Below are positions 25,921 to 38,073 of a stretch of DNA of 62,000 bases, one piece after another. The notes under the pieces are model-generated. The model was not told the DNA's origin, ran no database searches, and was given only the letters and a program-made list of their open reading frames with translations. This DNA is from Lama guanicoe (taxonomy: Eukaryota), in assembly GCA_013239625.1 (NCBI GenBank), contig MU053934.1, positions 12,185,413-12,247,412 of the forward strand, written 5' to 3'. Every line of letters begins with the position of its first letter. The stretch's first letter is position 1. Both the position numbers and the translations under genes were made by a program.

Positions 25921-26038
25921 ATGAAAGCATATGAAGAGATTTTTGAATGAGGAGCGAGTAACAGCAACAGGTAAATCTCAGTGCAAAAACCTCAGACTCA
26001 GAGCTGCAGACTTTGGTGCTAACAGGAGCATTACTCAC

Positions 26039-26128
26039 CGAACCCGCAGCACAACGCAGGTAGTCCATCTCAGAAGGAAACACATTTCCCAGGTAGAGTG
26101 AAAACCCTGAGGTCACGAGCAGGCAGCT
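26039..26128 (-). CDS. MLC1: MLC1 exon 3 (90 nt): [30 protein letters not shown]
   Basis: ttcacAG acceptor, GTGAGT donor, peptide homology. Confidence 0.97.
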
Positions 26129-27505
26129 CTGTGAAATGGCAGCACAAATTCAGGTGATGACACAGTGGGGTGTGAAGAACAGATGGTTGAACAACTAGCC
26201 TTCTGACTATAACTTACCTGTACAACACCGGCCTCCACACCTGGATCCCACCGGACCTGACTCCTCCCTGAAGGACTGCAGTAGCCCACCCTCCCCCAGG
26301 GCCAGACGATGGGCCGCAACACTTATCTGGGGGAGGAAGACTGTCAAAATTTAAAGCAAGAAATGGTACCTCTCCCCAGAAAATGCCTTCACCCCAATGT
26401 GTACAATTTCAGGGGCCCAGGTCCAGGCACAGAGCCAAGCACACAACCCCATCCTGCTCCAGGCCCAGGGTGAGGCCGTGGGGTGGAGGTCAGCAGTAAA
26501 AGGTCACTCAGACCCAGGGTCTGGGCAGGGGGTTGTGCTCACCCCAGACAGTGGGAGCGCTGGGGCCTGAGGGCCTGGTAGGCAGAAGAGACCTGGGCAC
26601 ACACCCAAATGAGGAGGGGATATGGGACCAGGTGTTGTGGCTGCAGGCCGCTGGGCCGCTGCACAGAGTCCAGGACCCCAGGAGTGAGAGGAGGCTGACC
26701 AGCCACCCACCACCCACCGCAGGGCCTGGAGGGAGGAGCATCCTCTGCGAGCCACGTGGTGGAGGCTCCAGTCTCTGTGGGACGGGGTCACGGCTTGGGG
26801 GAATGGGAGGGCAGGACCACTGGGGGTGCTTCAGGGCTGGTCTGTGCAGCCTGAGGTGGGGGGAGGGACAAGGTCCTGGCCTGGATCCTGGATCTTGGGC
26901 GAGCCCTGTGGTCCTGGCCACAGAGAGGCAGGTCCAGCGGCCAGCCCAGGCAGCCGCGCCCACTCAGGCCAAGGTGTCTGCATGCCTATCCAAGCACGTC
27001 AGAAGGAAAATGTCCCAGGATGCTAGGCCAGGTCCCCTCAGGCCTGCCCCCCAGCTCTCTGCTGGCCCCATCCCTCTGGCCCCTTGGCCTTCTCCTGCCC
27101 CAGGGCCCTGCCCTCCTGCCTCAGAACACTGTCCCACTATTCAGTCTGCAAGAGGCCTGTCCTGAGAGCACAGCAGCCCCTCCCCATCTTTGCAGACCCC
27201 CAGGAATCGAGAGTCGTAGAGGCCACCCTGGCACAACACAGGATCCCGCAGACTGTCAGCATGGGCCTGGGCTGTTCCAGGCCCCCTGGGACACAGAGCA
27301 GCCACAGCCAGAGGCCAGCAGGGCCGGCATGAATAGATGCTCATGAACTGAGGAAAAGAACTCAAAGAACTCAAGCAAGTAAGTGCACCTGTGCCCCTGA
27401 GGCTCTCCAGAAGCAGGAGTAACCCAGGCTACCTGAGAAGGACACCCAGGCAGGGGACACCCTTGGGGGATGATGCTTCCATGGTCCTAGCACAGAGCTA
27501 CTCAC

Positions 27506-27685
27506 CCCCATCAGCACGGAGAAGACCCAGGTCTTGTGGCTGAAGCACAGGGGGAGCCGCGTTGCCAGCTGAAGTTCCCTGGGCCTGGCGTCTGGGGTGC
27601 AGCTCCCCATGTCTGGCCTTCCACGCTCCAGGGTGGGCGTCCGGTCATAGCCCAGCTCCTCCCTGCACTGCGCCTCCCGGGACAT
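27506..27685 (-). CDS. MLC1: MLC1 first coding exon (exon 2, 180 nt CDS): MSREAQCREELGYDRTPTLERGRPDMGSCTPDARPRELQLATRLPLCFSHKTWVFSVLMG
   Basis: gccATG Kozak context at 27685, GTGAGT donor at 27505; the 5'-UTR part probably starts near 27745 (aattaAG). All 11 exons sum to 1122 nt = 373 aa plus stop. Confidence 0.96.
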
Positions 27686-27863
27686 GGCGCTTGGGGTGCA
27701 AACACTGACGTTAGCAGCCCCAGCTCCGCAGTACTTACATGTCCACTTAATTGTTATAAAATTGTACTGGGAAGAACAAATCTGACTCCTTACTGGATCT
27801 GCTTCTTTGGCTCTAACCCTGGGCTCTGTTTCCCGTGCTGAGTCTTGCTGGTTCTGCACCTTC

Positions 27864-28281
27864 TGTAAAAGAATGTTGCCTACAGCCTAAAATACACAGG
27901 CGAGCCCATTCTCAAGGCTCTGACCTTTAAGGGTGTAACGCTTTCCCATTCATACAGAGATTTTAAAAGATTGAATAGAAAATAACATTTGTGCTGTTGG
28001 AGGGTTACAGGACACTGTGACCTGACCTAGGTGGACGGCTGCAAGAACAAAAGATTCAGGCACCAAGAAGTTTGCAACAACCAAGCACACCCCCACCCCC
28101 TGTTTAGTATAAAAGGAGCCTGAATTCTGACTTGGGGAAGATGGTTCTCCAGGACCTGAGTACCCCATCCTTTCCATCTGCCAGCTTTCCAGATAAAGTC
28201 ATTATTCCTTGCCCCAACACCTGGTCTCCTGATTCACTGGCCTGTCATGCAGTGAGCAGAACAAGTTTGGACTTGATGACA
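27864..28281 (+). mobile_element. Solo ERV LTR in MLC1 intron 1
   Basis: TG...CA ends; TATAAAA at 28108-28114; variant poly(A) signal (a)GATAAA near 28191; U5-like ending ggcctgtcatgcagtgagcagaacaagtttggacttgatgaca resembling cetartiodactyl LTRs. No TSD found; left boundary uncertain. Confidence 0.75.
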
Positions 28282-28670
28282 AAATGACAAATTTTACTTC
28301 TGATCACTCTGAAAAAATCTCCCAAATAAGTTGTTTTCAATAAATACTTGTTTTTAAGGTGCTTTCAATAAAAGAAATATCATTTATATTGAAGTACTGT
28401 GAATCTGCAGAAGAAAATAAGCACTTGATTCCACAAGTGAATAAAATCACTTTTCCAGGAAAACAAACTGGTACAATCTGGATTCAGGGCAGGATTTTAC
28501 GCTTTAAAAGTGCCTCACTGGTCCAGTCCCCTGTACATTTCAACTTTCACTTCCCTTAGCTGCTTTAATTACGAGTCCCGTGATGTGCTGTTTACTCCAA
28601 GCATGTTAAATCTCTCAGGGTGGTAAGAAGAGATCGCAGACATGCACCACATAAGGGTCCACATCTGTAC

Positions 28671-28680
28671 ACTTACCTCT
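28671..28680 (-). other. MLC1: Candidate splice donor of the non-coding MLC1 exon 1 (exon ends at 28677)
   Basis: Perfect AGAG|GTAAGT on the minus strand, about 0.9 kb upstream of exon 2; MLC1 is known to have a non-coding first exon; TSS not determinable. Confidence 0.55.
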
Positions 28681-29914
28681 GCGGTGGTTCAGGCATTAGG
28701 AGCGCTAGTCTCTGGGTGAGGGTTCCCCTTACCAAGTCATCCTGCCTTGGGCTTCCAGCAAGAACTATTCACAGACAAACAAAAGCCCAGCAGAACTGCA
28801 CTTAAGCCAGAGGAGGAGCACCGCTCCCTGAATTTCAATGAGGAGCTGAAGCGAGGGGTCCTGGAAAGTTCTTCAGTGGTTGTGTAACTGCTGGCTCTGA
28901 GCTCTGCTCCATCCAGTGTTAACTCCACGAGGAGCAGAGGGACATCCCTGGGTCCACTTGTGGCAAATAGGTTGCAGGTGCCGAGGTAGGCAGCCCAGAA
29001 GAAAAGTGTACCTAAGAGTAGAATTCTACCAAGCACAGGATCCTGGCAGGCCAGAGGGCCAGGTGCTTAACTGTTTCAGAAACAAGTACATTTTTATCCA
29101 AAGCCGTCTTACACATCCTTTCAGGCAGCCATTTCCCAGCCCCCGTGGTCCTGTGAGGAGGACGTCCTGCACAAGGTGACACACACATTTGTGCTCAACT
29201 TGGCCAGCCTGGCCCTCCAGCTGCTTGGAATTCTGAACCCCGGCCCCGTGGGCAGCTCCAGGTCCTGCTGTGCCCTTTACTCCCGCTCACCAAGCAGAGA
29301 GAAGGGCAGGCACGTACTTCGCCCAGAGACGCTGGCGCCCCACAGTTACAGCAACAGGCTTTGTGCTCAGGGAAACCGTAATGTGGCTCAAACCAGAGCA
29401 TTCTAAAAAACCGCTCCTCAAACCACAAGCCCACACAGAGCCTGAGCAAAGGCTTGGGTTTTAAATCATGGGAAACTCTGTCATCTTGGTTTTTCAACCA
29501 AACAAGAAGGATTAGAATTACTTTTCACAAACTTTGAAGTTAAGAACAAATTTTGAACAGATTGGAAAACCTCGCAAACTTCTTGACTATCTTTTAAAGC
29601 AATAAATGGAACCAGCAGGAATTGTGTGACCAACTGAACCCTTTGCTTCTCTTTTTGTTTGAAGAAAAGTGTTTAGCAGATTTCATCATTTCTGTGCCTT
29701 TCCAAAGTTTTCTCTACTAAGAAACACCAAAAAGCTGCCTTGAACCAGAGACTGTGAGACAAATGCGTCAAGTCCCCACAGTCACGAAGCAACCCGGAGA
29801 GGAACTTCCTTGTTTCTGCTGGCAATGCCACTTCCTAGAGCAAGCCCCGTTCTCTCAGACATGCCTGTCCTCCCCCTTCTGCCTGCTGAGGTCCTGCTCA
29901 TGTTTCAACGTTTA

Positions 29915-30700
29915 CACCGTCATTCAGTGAATATTTTCAGAGTGAACAGAGCAGGCCTCAGTCCTGCCCTCGCAGGTCCACGTTCTAATGAGGGGACAGG
30001 CGCACACAAGGTAAATAAATGGGTGTGTTCTATGGTGGTGCACTTGACTTTCTCTGTGATGGTAGATAAGCTGGGGGAGGGTATCGGGGTGCTGTTTGGG
30101 GCAGTCAGAGCTGGCCTCACCTTCACCAGGAAGGAGGCAAGGAGGGGAGGGGACCAGAGAGCTGGAGCAGTAGGTGCAAAGGCCCTGAGGTGGCAAGACT
30201 GGAGGGTGGTAGACACAGGGATCATGTGTGGTAACATGTAGGTGAGGCATCCAGGTCCAAGGCACCTGCGGATTTGGAGACAACCTTGGCTTTGACACTG
30301 AGATGGACCTGCTGGAAAGTTCTGGGCAGAGAAGCATCCAGCCACTGGGTGGAGAACAGGATGTGGGGCAGCTGGTGAGAGCTGGTGCTGGCCGGGATAG
30401 AGGTAGAGCAGTGGAAATGGTGACAAGTGACCAGATTCTGGGCAGATTTTGAAAATCCAACCTGATCTGTAACGTGAGTGGTGTGAGGCGAGAGGAGCAG
30501 GAGTTCATGACACCAAAAGTTTCTCAGTCTGAGCGGTGCAGGTGGAGCTACCTCACCTGGGATAGAGAAAACTGGGGTCAGTAGTTTCATTTTGATGAGG
30601 CTAAGGAGTTTGTTGGATGTCCAGGTGGATCTGCTGATAAGTTGAGTTGAAGAGTCCAGAATCCAGGGGAGAGGTTCAGGCTGGCAGATGTGAGGGGCAG
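29915..30700 (-). mobile_element. Ancient LINE-2 remnant
   Basis: cattcagtgaatatt..cagtcctgccctc; gagtttgttggatgtccaggtgga..ggggagaggttcaggctggcagat are antisense L2 phrases. Confidence 0.65.
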
Positions 30701-30774
30701 CCCTGTGAAGTGGAAACTCCCAGCGCACATCACCCTTGCTCTGGTTGCACATTCTTGTTCTAAGGATGTCTCTC

Positions 30775-31992
30775 CCCGTGTAACAGAAAAATCTGGAAAA
30801 TCCCCCAAATATTTAGAAATTAAACAATATACTGCTAAAATAGGCCCTTGGGTCAGAGAAGAAGTCACAAAGGAAATTTGAAATTGAATGAAAATACAAT
30901 ACGTCTAATTCTGTGTGATACAGCTGAATCAGAGCTTAGAGAAATGAGTAGTTTTAAATGCTTATATTAAAAATGAAGAAAGGGGAGGAGGGTATGGCTC
31001 AGCAGTAGAGTGCATGCTTAGTAGGCACAAGGTCCTAGGTTCAATCCCCAGCACTTCTATTATAAATAAATGAATACACAAATAAACCTAATTTCCTCCG
31101 CCCTTAGAAAACAAAATATTAAAAAATAAAATTCTAAAATTCATTATCTAATCTTCACCTTAAAAAGTGAGAAAAGGATAAATCAAACTAAAAAAGAGGA
31201 GGAAGAGGAAGAAGAAGACAGGAAATAGTAGAGAAAAATCAATGAGACCAAAAGGGTTTTTTTTAAAGATAAATAAAATTGACAAACGTGTGGCTAGACT
31301 GATGAAGGCAAACAAGAGGAAATATATAAACTACTAACATCAGGAATGAAAGACAGTTCATCACTATGAATCATACAGACATTAAAAGGATGTAAGGAAA
31401 GATGAACAGATTTATGACAATAATTTGACACCTGGATGAAGGGAAAAATCTCTTAAAAGATGAAATTACCAAAGCTTACATAATATTGCTCAATATTGGC
31501 AACTTATTAAAGCCCTTTATCTAATGCAAAAGTTGAATTTGTTTAAGTAGATATACAACGTATATTTGATAGGCCACAAGACAGGCTGTTCTCATTAGCA
31601 TAAAGTTCAAGCCAAATCATGTATAAGCCAGAAGCACTCTCCCATATACCAACGTGTGAAGATTTCTCCACCGCTCCGAGTAAAGATGCCACCCTTGACG
31701 AAACATTACTAAGCTGAATCAGTAAGCAAAAAGGATGAAAACCATGACCAAGGAAAGCATTTGACAGTGTATTTCACTCCTATTAACAGGCTAAAATAGA
31801 AAAGCCCATTTCAACAGATGAAGAAAATGCATTTAAGAAAATTCTACACCCAAGCATGATAAGAACGCTCAGAAAACTAGCAGACAGAGCACCCTCAACT
31901 TAATAAAGAACATCTGCCAAAGCCACACCTAACCACACAGGGGTAGGTGAAAGGCTCTGCCCTTTTCCCTCGTGGGAAGGAGGCAAGGATGC
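30775..31992 (+). mobile_element. Old LINE-1 ORF2 remnant abutting the MOV10L1 promoter
   Basis: ataaaattgacaaacgtgtggctagactgat; tcaacagatgaagaaaatgcatttaagaaaattc; ends at ggaaggaggcaaggatgc. Confidence 0.85.
30982..31130 (+). mobile_element. tRNA-derived SINE (camelid Vic-1-like) nested in L1
   Basis: A box (tggctcagcagtaga), B box (ggttcaatccc), tail aaataaacctaatttcctcc and an A-rich end. Confidence 0.85.
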
Positions 31993-31999
31993 AAAGCAC

Positions 32000-32700
32000 T
32001 TTACGAAGCCCCGCCCACCCGCTCGAGGCCCCGCCCACCAGCGGCGCCCCTCACACCGGGCATGACGTCACTCCCACACTGCACCTCTCCTCGCTTGCTG
32101 GCGCACTAACGGTCGCCAACGGCCAACCACCGTCGGCTAACAGTCTTGGCGAGCGCGACGACGCCATTGGCCAAGCTCGCCGGGGAGCAGGCGCAGGCGC
32201 GGGCGCAGCAACCCCATTGGCCGAGGGCGGCGGGAGCGGCCTGCCGCGTGCGGGCGCCTCTGCGGGGCGCAGAGGGCGCGGTGGTGGCGCGGAGGCGGCG
32301 GCGGGGCCATGTTGCATCTCGCGGCCAAGCTGGTGGCCTTCTTCTGGAGGAGGGCGGACCGTCCCGGGAACGCGGCGGGGCCGCCGGGGCCCGAGCTCGC
32401 GGAAGGTGCCTTGCGGGGTGGGCGGGGCCGCGCGCGGCCGCCCCCGAGGCCGCCCTGCCAGGAGGGAGACTTGGCGGCCGAGCGGGCCCGTTCCTCCGGA
32501 CCTAGTGGCAGCGGCCGCGGCCCCGAGGCCGGGTCGCTGCGCCCGAGGGGCGGGAGAGGCGGGCCGAGCGGTCCTGACTAGACGGCGTTGGGAAAAGGCC
32601 GGCGTCGCCTTCTGCTTGTTCCCCGCGGAGCCTGGCGCCTGTCTTTTCCCCGGTCGTCCGTTCTTCCCGGCACAACTTAAGCAGGCCTTCTAACGGGTCC
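32000..32700 (+). promoter_or_regulatory. MOV10L1 CpG-island promoter
   Basis: GC boxes 32008-32018 and 32028-32038; CRE TGACGTCA 32063-32070; MYB YAACNG at 32107, 32117, 32138; inverted CCAAT 32166 and 32216; NRF1-like GCGCAGGCGC 32191-32200. Confidence 0.85.
32309..32405 (+). CDS. MOV10L1: MOV10L1 exon 1 CDS (97 nt): MLHLAAKLVAFFWRRADRPGNAAGPPGPELAE(G)
   Basis: gccATG; matches recalled MLSLAAKLVAFFWR; G|GTGCCT donor; phase 1 joins exon 2. Confidence 0.95.
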
Positions 32701-33479
32701 GTAGCACCCTGCATGATTTTGCACATTCGTCTTTTGGGGGGCCAGTGCCACGTTGGGCCCTTCCTTCTTGTTTTCGCTCTGTGTCTGTGTGTACCGGGAG
32801 CAGCCCGGCGGGACGTCCCTCTGCGTCTTCCCGTGTCATGTGTCGTCAGTATTGCCTGCTGCTTTGCACTTAGAAAGCTCGGGAAAATATAAGCCCCGCT
32901 GTCTTAAATTGTCCTAGACTCTACTGGAATCAGGCTTCTCTTTTCTTGAAATTGTTTTTGAAGCCATCTTCCTGGAGTCCAGGCCGTACTTCTGACTCTG
33001 GCAGTGCCCATCCCTGGCACCCACAATTACACTATTACCCAGCGTCGTTAAAGCCTCTTTAGGAAGCTAACTTTACAATCTGGAGAGAGTCGCCTCATAC
33101 ATCCAGGTCTTGTCTGTAAAACATGGCCTTTCAACAGCAGTTGGAGTTCCAGCCTGGCCTTCAGCTGGCTTTCGTGGCTGGGCGATGACCTGCCACCTCA
33201 GGCTTCTTTTGTGTCTGAGGTTGCAGACAAGGTGTAGGGAGGACTCACAGTGGGGGTTCCAGCCAGAGGCGCTGAATGGGTGAGGCAGGCCCTGCTCCAC
33301 GCTGGGCTTGCTCCGCAGGCCCAGAGTCTTACACGCCTCATTGGTGGAATAATGCAGGCTCTCCTGACACCGCTGCTGCTGTTGGTGGTTTTATTACAAC
33401 GGTGTGCAGTAGCCACGCCCCGGCTGCTGACAGAGTGTGACACTGGTGCGTGGCTCCCTAACCTGTGCTGCTTCTGCCG

Positions 33480-33625
33480 TGTGACCCTGTCTTGGGCAGA
33501 GACGGTAACTGCCTCCGTTTCACAGATGAGCACAGGCAAGGAGTGGTTGAAGACACGCTGCGCCAATGGCAGTGGGAAAGCTGGCATTCAAACCTAGGAA
33601 CCCGGGCCAGCTGGCTCTAGGCTCA
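33480..33625 (-). mobile_element. MIR remnant
   Basis: cctccgtttcacagatgag...gctggcattcaaacctagg, antisense MIR core. Confidence 0.6.
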
Positions 33626-33811
33626 CAGCCCTCCCCGCCGAGCCCACTGCCTGGGCCCCCGAAGGAACCTGCCCCCTGAGCCCTGCTTCCTGACAACTCC
33701 GCTCTCCAGGGCGGATGCTCCAGCCCATAGGCTCCTAGCCCTGCACGTGCTGTCCTCCACTTTCTCTGAGGGGCTCTGCTGTAGTGTGTGCTTGCTTTGT
33801 GGTCAACATAA

Positions 33812-34081
<270 letters not shown>

Positions 34082-37000
34082 TGAGTTATCCTCTCAGAGG
34101 CAACCTCTGGTTTCATGCCACGGAGAAAAACTGTTACCATTTCTATATCTGTCCTTCTAGTCTTTTAAACAATTATTATTAAAAATGGTAATTATTGGAC
34201 CCTTTGTCATCCAGTTAGCAAACATAATTAGTGGGCTCTATTGTTCAGCAGCTTTTTCATTAAGAAAATAGTGTTTTATACTCTAATTTCTTGGAAGTAG
34301 AACTGTTAGTCAAAGGGTATGCACACTTGACATTTCAATGATTATCAACAAATTATCTTTCTATGACATCATAATAATTATACTTTCAGGAGCAGGAGGA
34401 GAGACTGCCTATCACCCAGTGTTGGCAAGGATGCAGATATTATCGATCTTTGAAATCTTTGCCAATCTAATACGTGAAAAATGATCTTATAATTTTAATT
34501 TGCATGTAAGCTTTAAAGTAGATTAAGTTTTCACATTTTTTCTGTGCGTTATTTTCATGTCCTTTATGCATTCTTTTCATTGGAGTCAGTTTTCTTTAAA
34601 TTAAACTTTGTATATTATGGAAGTTAGAGCTTTTTATGGAAAATTATATGAAACTATTGCAGATACTTCCCCCAAGACCATCTTTTGACTTTGTTTCGTC
34701 GTTTTATTTCACATAGTTAAACGTGTCTGTCTCTTCCACGTGGCTTTTTGGGCCTTATGAGAATCCTTAGGGAGGCTTACACCGCTTCTCATTACAGACA
34801 TGCATCCAGGTTTTCCTCTGAAAATTGCTTACTGACATTTAAGTATGTAAGCTACCTGGGTTTATTGGCTGTACAGATGGAAAGAAGGAACCAGATATTT
34901 CTTTCTGAGTAGTCTGCTTTTTTCCTAATAAGTAGAAAGATTTGATTCTCATACAGCGGAATCCCACATGCCCAGGACCCTGCCTGGACCCTGTTGATTC
35001 TTATGCCTGCACCCGGCCCCCAGGGGCACGGTTGTGTCCACAGGCAGCGCTGGTTTCCCTCTTACTGTTCTTTGTGGATGAGGTTCTCTGGCCTCTCCAC
35101 TCACTCTGGGTAAGGTTAGAGTCATTCTGCTGTGTCTTCTCCTGGCCTCACACCCTGCTGGCCAGCACTGAGTTTGCGGATCCATTTAGGCAGGTGACAT
35201 GTGGATCACATTCAGTCTTCAGCTGCAAACTGGCCACTTACATAAGCCTTCCTTCAGGTTCTTTTGTAGGTCAGTAGTTTTCACTTAGGTTCTGCAAATT
35301 CTTTTTTAAGTTTATTTTCAAGAATTTTAACATTTTTGTTCCATTGTCAATATAATTTGCTTTGTATGTCCTTTTTTAAAAATTGAAGTATAGTAGTTTA
35401 CAATGTTGCATCAATTTCTGGTGTACAGCATAATGTTTCAGTTATATATATATGCAAGTATTCCTATTCATGTTCTTTTTTATTATAGGTTACTGCAAGA
35501 TACTGAGTACAGTTCCCTGATAGTTGTGGAATCAGCTCATTTGCCCACCTCTGGATTTATTTGCTTATTTTTTATTTAGCTTTTTTGTTCTTGTAAAATA
35601 TAATATAACAATATAAAATTTACCACTTGAACCATTTTTAATTTTTACTGCCGTCCGGTGGCATTAAGTGTGTTCATGTTGTTGTACACCCACACCACTG
35701 TCTATTTTCACAACTTTTTCATCATCTCAAAGACAAACTCTGTATTCATCAAATAGTAATTCACAGTTCAACCTTCTGTCTCTATAAATTTGACTGTTCT
35801 CAATTCCTCATGTAAGTAGAGTCATACAGTATTGGTCCTTTTATGTCTGTCTTATGGACTTACCATAATATCTTCAAGGCTTATCCACGTAACGTGTATC
35901 AGAACTTCATTCTGTTTATGGCTAGATAATATTCCATTGTATGTATAGACTGCATTTGATTTCTCCACTTACCTGTTGATGGACACTTGGGTTGTTTCTG
36001 CCTTTCAGCTGTTGTGGGTAATGCTGCTGTGAGCACGTACCTTTTTGCGTCCTGGTTTTCAGTTCTTTTGGGTCTGTACCTTGGAGTGGAATTGTGGGGC
36101 TAAATATATTTATATAAATTTATATAGAGATATATAGCCCTATATTTAACTTTCTGAGGAACTGCCAGATTTTCCCCAGTGGTTGTACCATTTTACATTC
36201 CCACCAGCAGCTCAAGGCTTCCAGTTTCTCCACATCTCAGCAATGCGAGTTATTTTGCATTTTTTGACAGTAGCCACCCTAGTGGATGTGAGGTGGTGTC
36301 TTACTGTGCTTTGATTTGCATTTCCCTCAGGATTAGTGGTGTTGAGCATCTTATCATGTGCTTGTTGGTCACTTACCTGTCTTCTTTGGAGAAATGTCTA
36401 TTCAGTTCCTTTGCCTACATTTTTTTATTGAAGTATGGTGGATTTACAGTGGTGTGTTAGTTTCTGGTATGCAACATAGTGATTCAGTTACAGATATAAA
36501 TTCTTTTCCATATTCGTTTTCATTATAGCTTATTACAAGCTATTGAAAACAGTTCCCTTCGCTTATATTTTGATCAGGCTGTTTATTTTCTCGTTGAGTT
36601 GTAGAAGTTTGTTATATGTTCTGGATATTAATCCCTTACCAGACACGTGATTCACAAATATTTCCTCGCATGCTCTGGTTTGTCTTTTCACTTCTTGATA
36701 GTATCCTTTGATGCACAGAAGTTTTAAACTTTGAAGTCCAGTTTGTCTTTTTTAAGCCTGTGCCTTTGATGTCACACTTTAGAAAATCGTTGACTAATCC
36801 AAGATTGTGAAGATTTTCACCTGTGCTTTCTTCTAATAATTTTATAGTTTTAGCTCTTAAATTTAAGTCTTTGACCCATTTTGAGTTAATTTTTGAATAT
36901 GGTATTGGCTGAGGGTTTGACTTCATTCTTTTGCATATTGAGATCCACTTTTCCCAGAACCATGTTTTGAGAAGACTGTACAACAGGGAAAAAAAACCTT

Positions 37001-37166
37001 TTCCCCATTGAATGGTCTTGGCACCTATGTTGAAAATCATTTGACTATATATGTGAAGGTTTATTTCTGGTTTCTTTATTCTGTTTCATTGGCATTTTGT
37101 CTGTCTTTACACTCTTTTGATTACTACAGCTTTGTAGTAAGTTCTAAATCAAAAAGTGTGAGTCCT

Positions 37167-38073
37167 AAGTAACAAATGTTGGTGAGGGTGTGGAGAAAAG
37201 GGAGCCCTCGTGCGCTGTGAGTGGGAATATAAACTGGTGCAGCCACTGTGGAAAACGGTGTGGAGGTTTCTCAGAAACCTAAAAATAGAGCTACCATATG
37301 ACCCAGCAACTCCACTCCTGGGTATATATCTGAAAAAAACAAAACCACTAATTCAAAAAGATACACACACACAACATTCATAACAGCATTATTTACAGTC
37401 TCTAAGATACAGAAGCAGCCTAAGTGTTCATCAGCAGATGAATGGAAAAGAAAATGTGGCATATATTTACAATGGAATACTTCTCAGCCATAAAAAGAAT
37501 GAAATTTTGCCATTTGCAGCCACTTGGATGGACTTGGAAGGCATTATGCTAAGTGAAAGAAGTCAGACAGAGAGACTGTGTATAATGTCACTTACATGCG
37601 GATTCTTAAAAAGTACAACACACTAGGGAATATAAAAAAAGAAGTAGACTTATGGAGAACAAACTAGTGGTTACCAGTGAGGAGAGGGAAGGGGTGAGGG
37701 GGAACATGGGTAGGGGATTAAGAGGTATAAACTATTAGGTATAAAATAAGCTACAAGGATATATTGTATAACATGGGGAATAGAGCCAGTATTTTATAAT
37801 AACCGTAAATGGAGTATAACCATTAAAAATTGTGAATCACTGTATTTTACACTTACAATTTATATAATGTTATACGTAAACTATACATCAATTTGAAAAA
37901 GAATGATGGTGAATTCATAGGCATTTTTTATATGTTGACTTTGTTTCCTGCAAACTTGCTAAATGCACTTATTAATTCTGGTAGCTTTTATTATAAATTC
38001 TGTAGCATTTTCTACATAGAAAATTGTCTTGTCTGCAAATAAATCTAGGTGTGCTTCCCCCCTCAAAAAAAAA
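37167..38073 (+). mobile_element. Sense 5'-truncated L1 insertion with about 160 nt of extra 3' sequence, flanked by a TSD
   Basis: aaaaagtgtgagtcct (37151-37166) recurs as aaaaatgtgagtcct (38069-38083); ORF2 C-terminus and 3' UTR to about 37900; the host L1 resumes at 38084. Confidence 0.85.

Noticed and set aside
30982..31060. tRNA-like sequence with A and B boxes (also 39185-39257)
   Set aside because: Has a SINE tail, and a TSD in the second copy; no intact cloverleaf, so a SINE rather than a tRNA gene
31947..32693. 248-aa ORF across the MOV10L1 promoter
   Set aside because: Begins in L1, crosses the CpG island out of frame with the conserved exon 1
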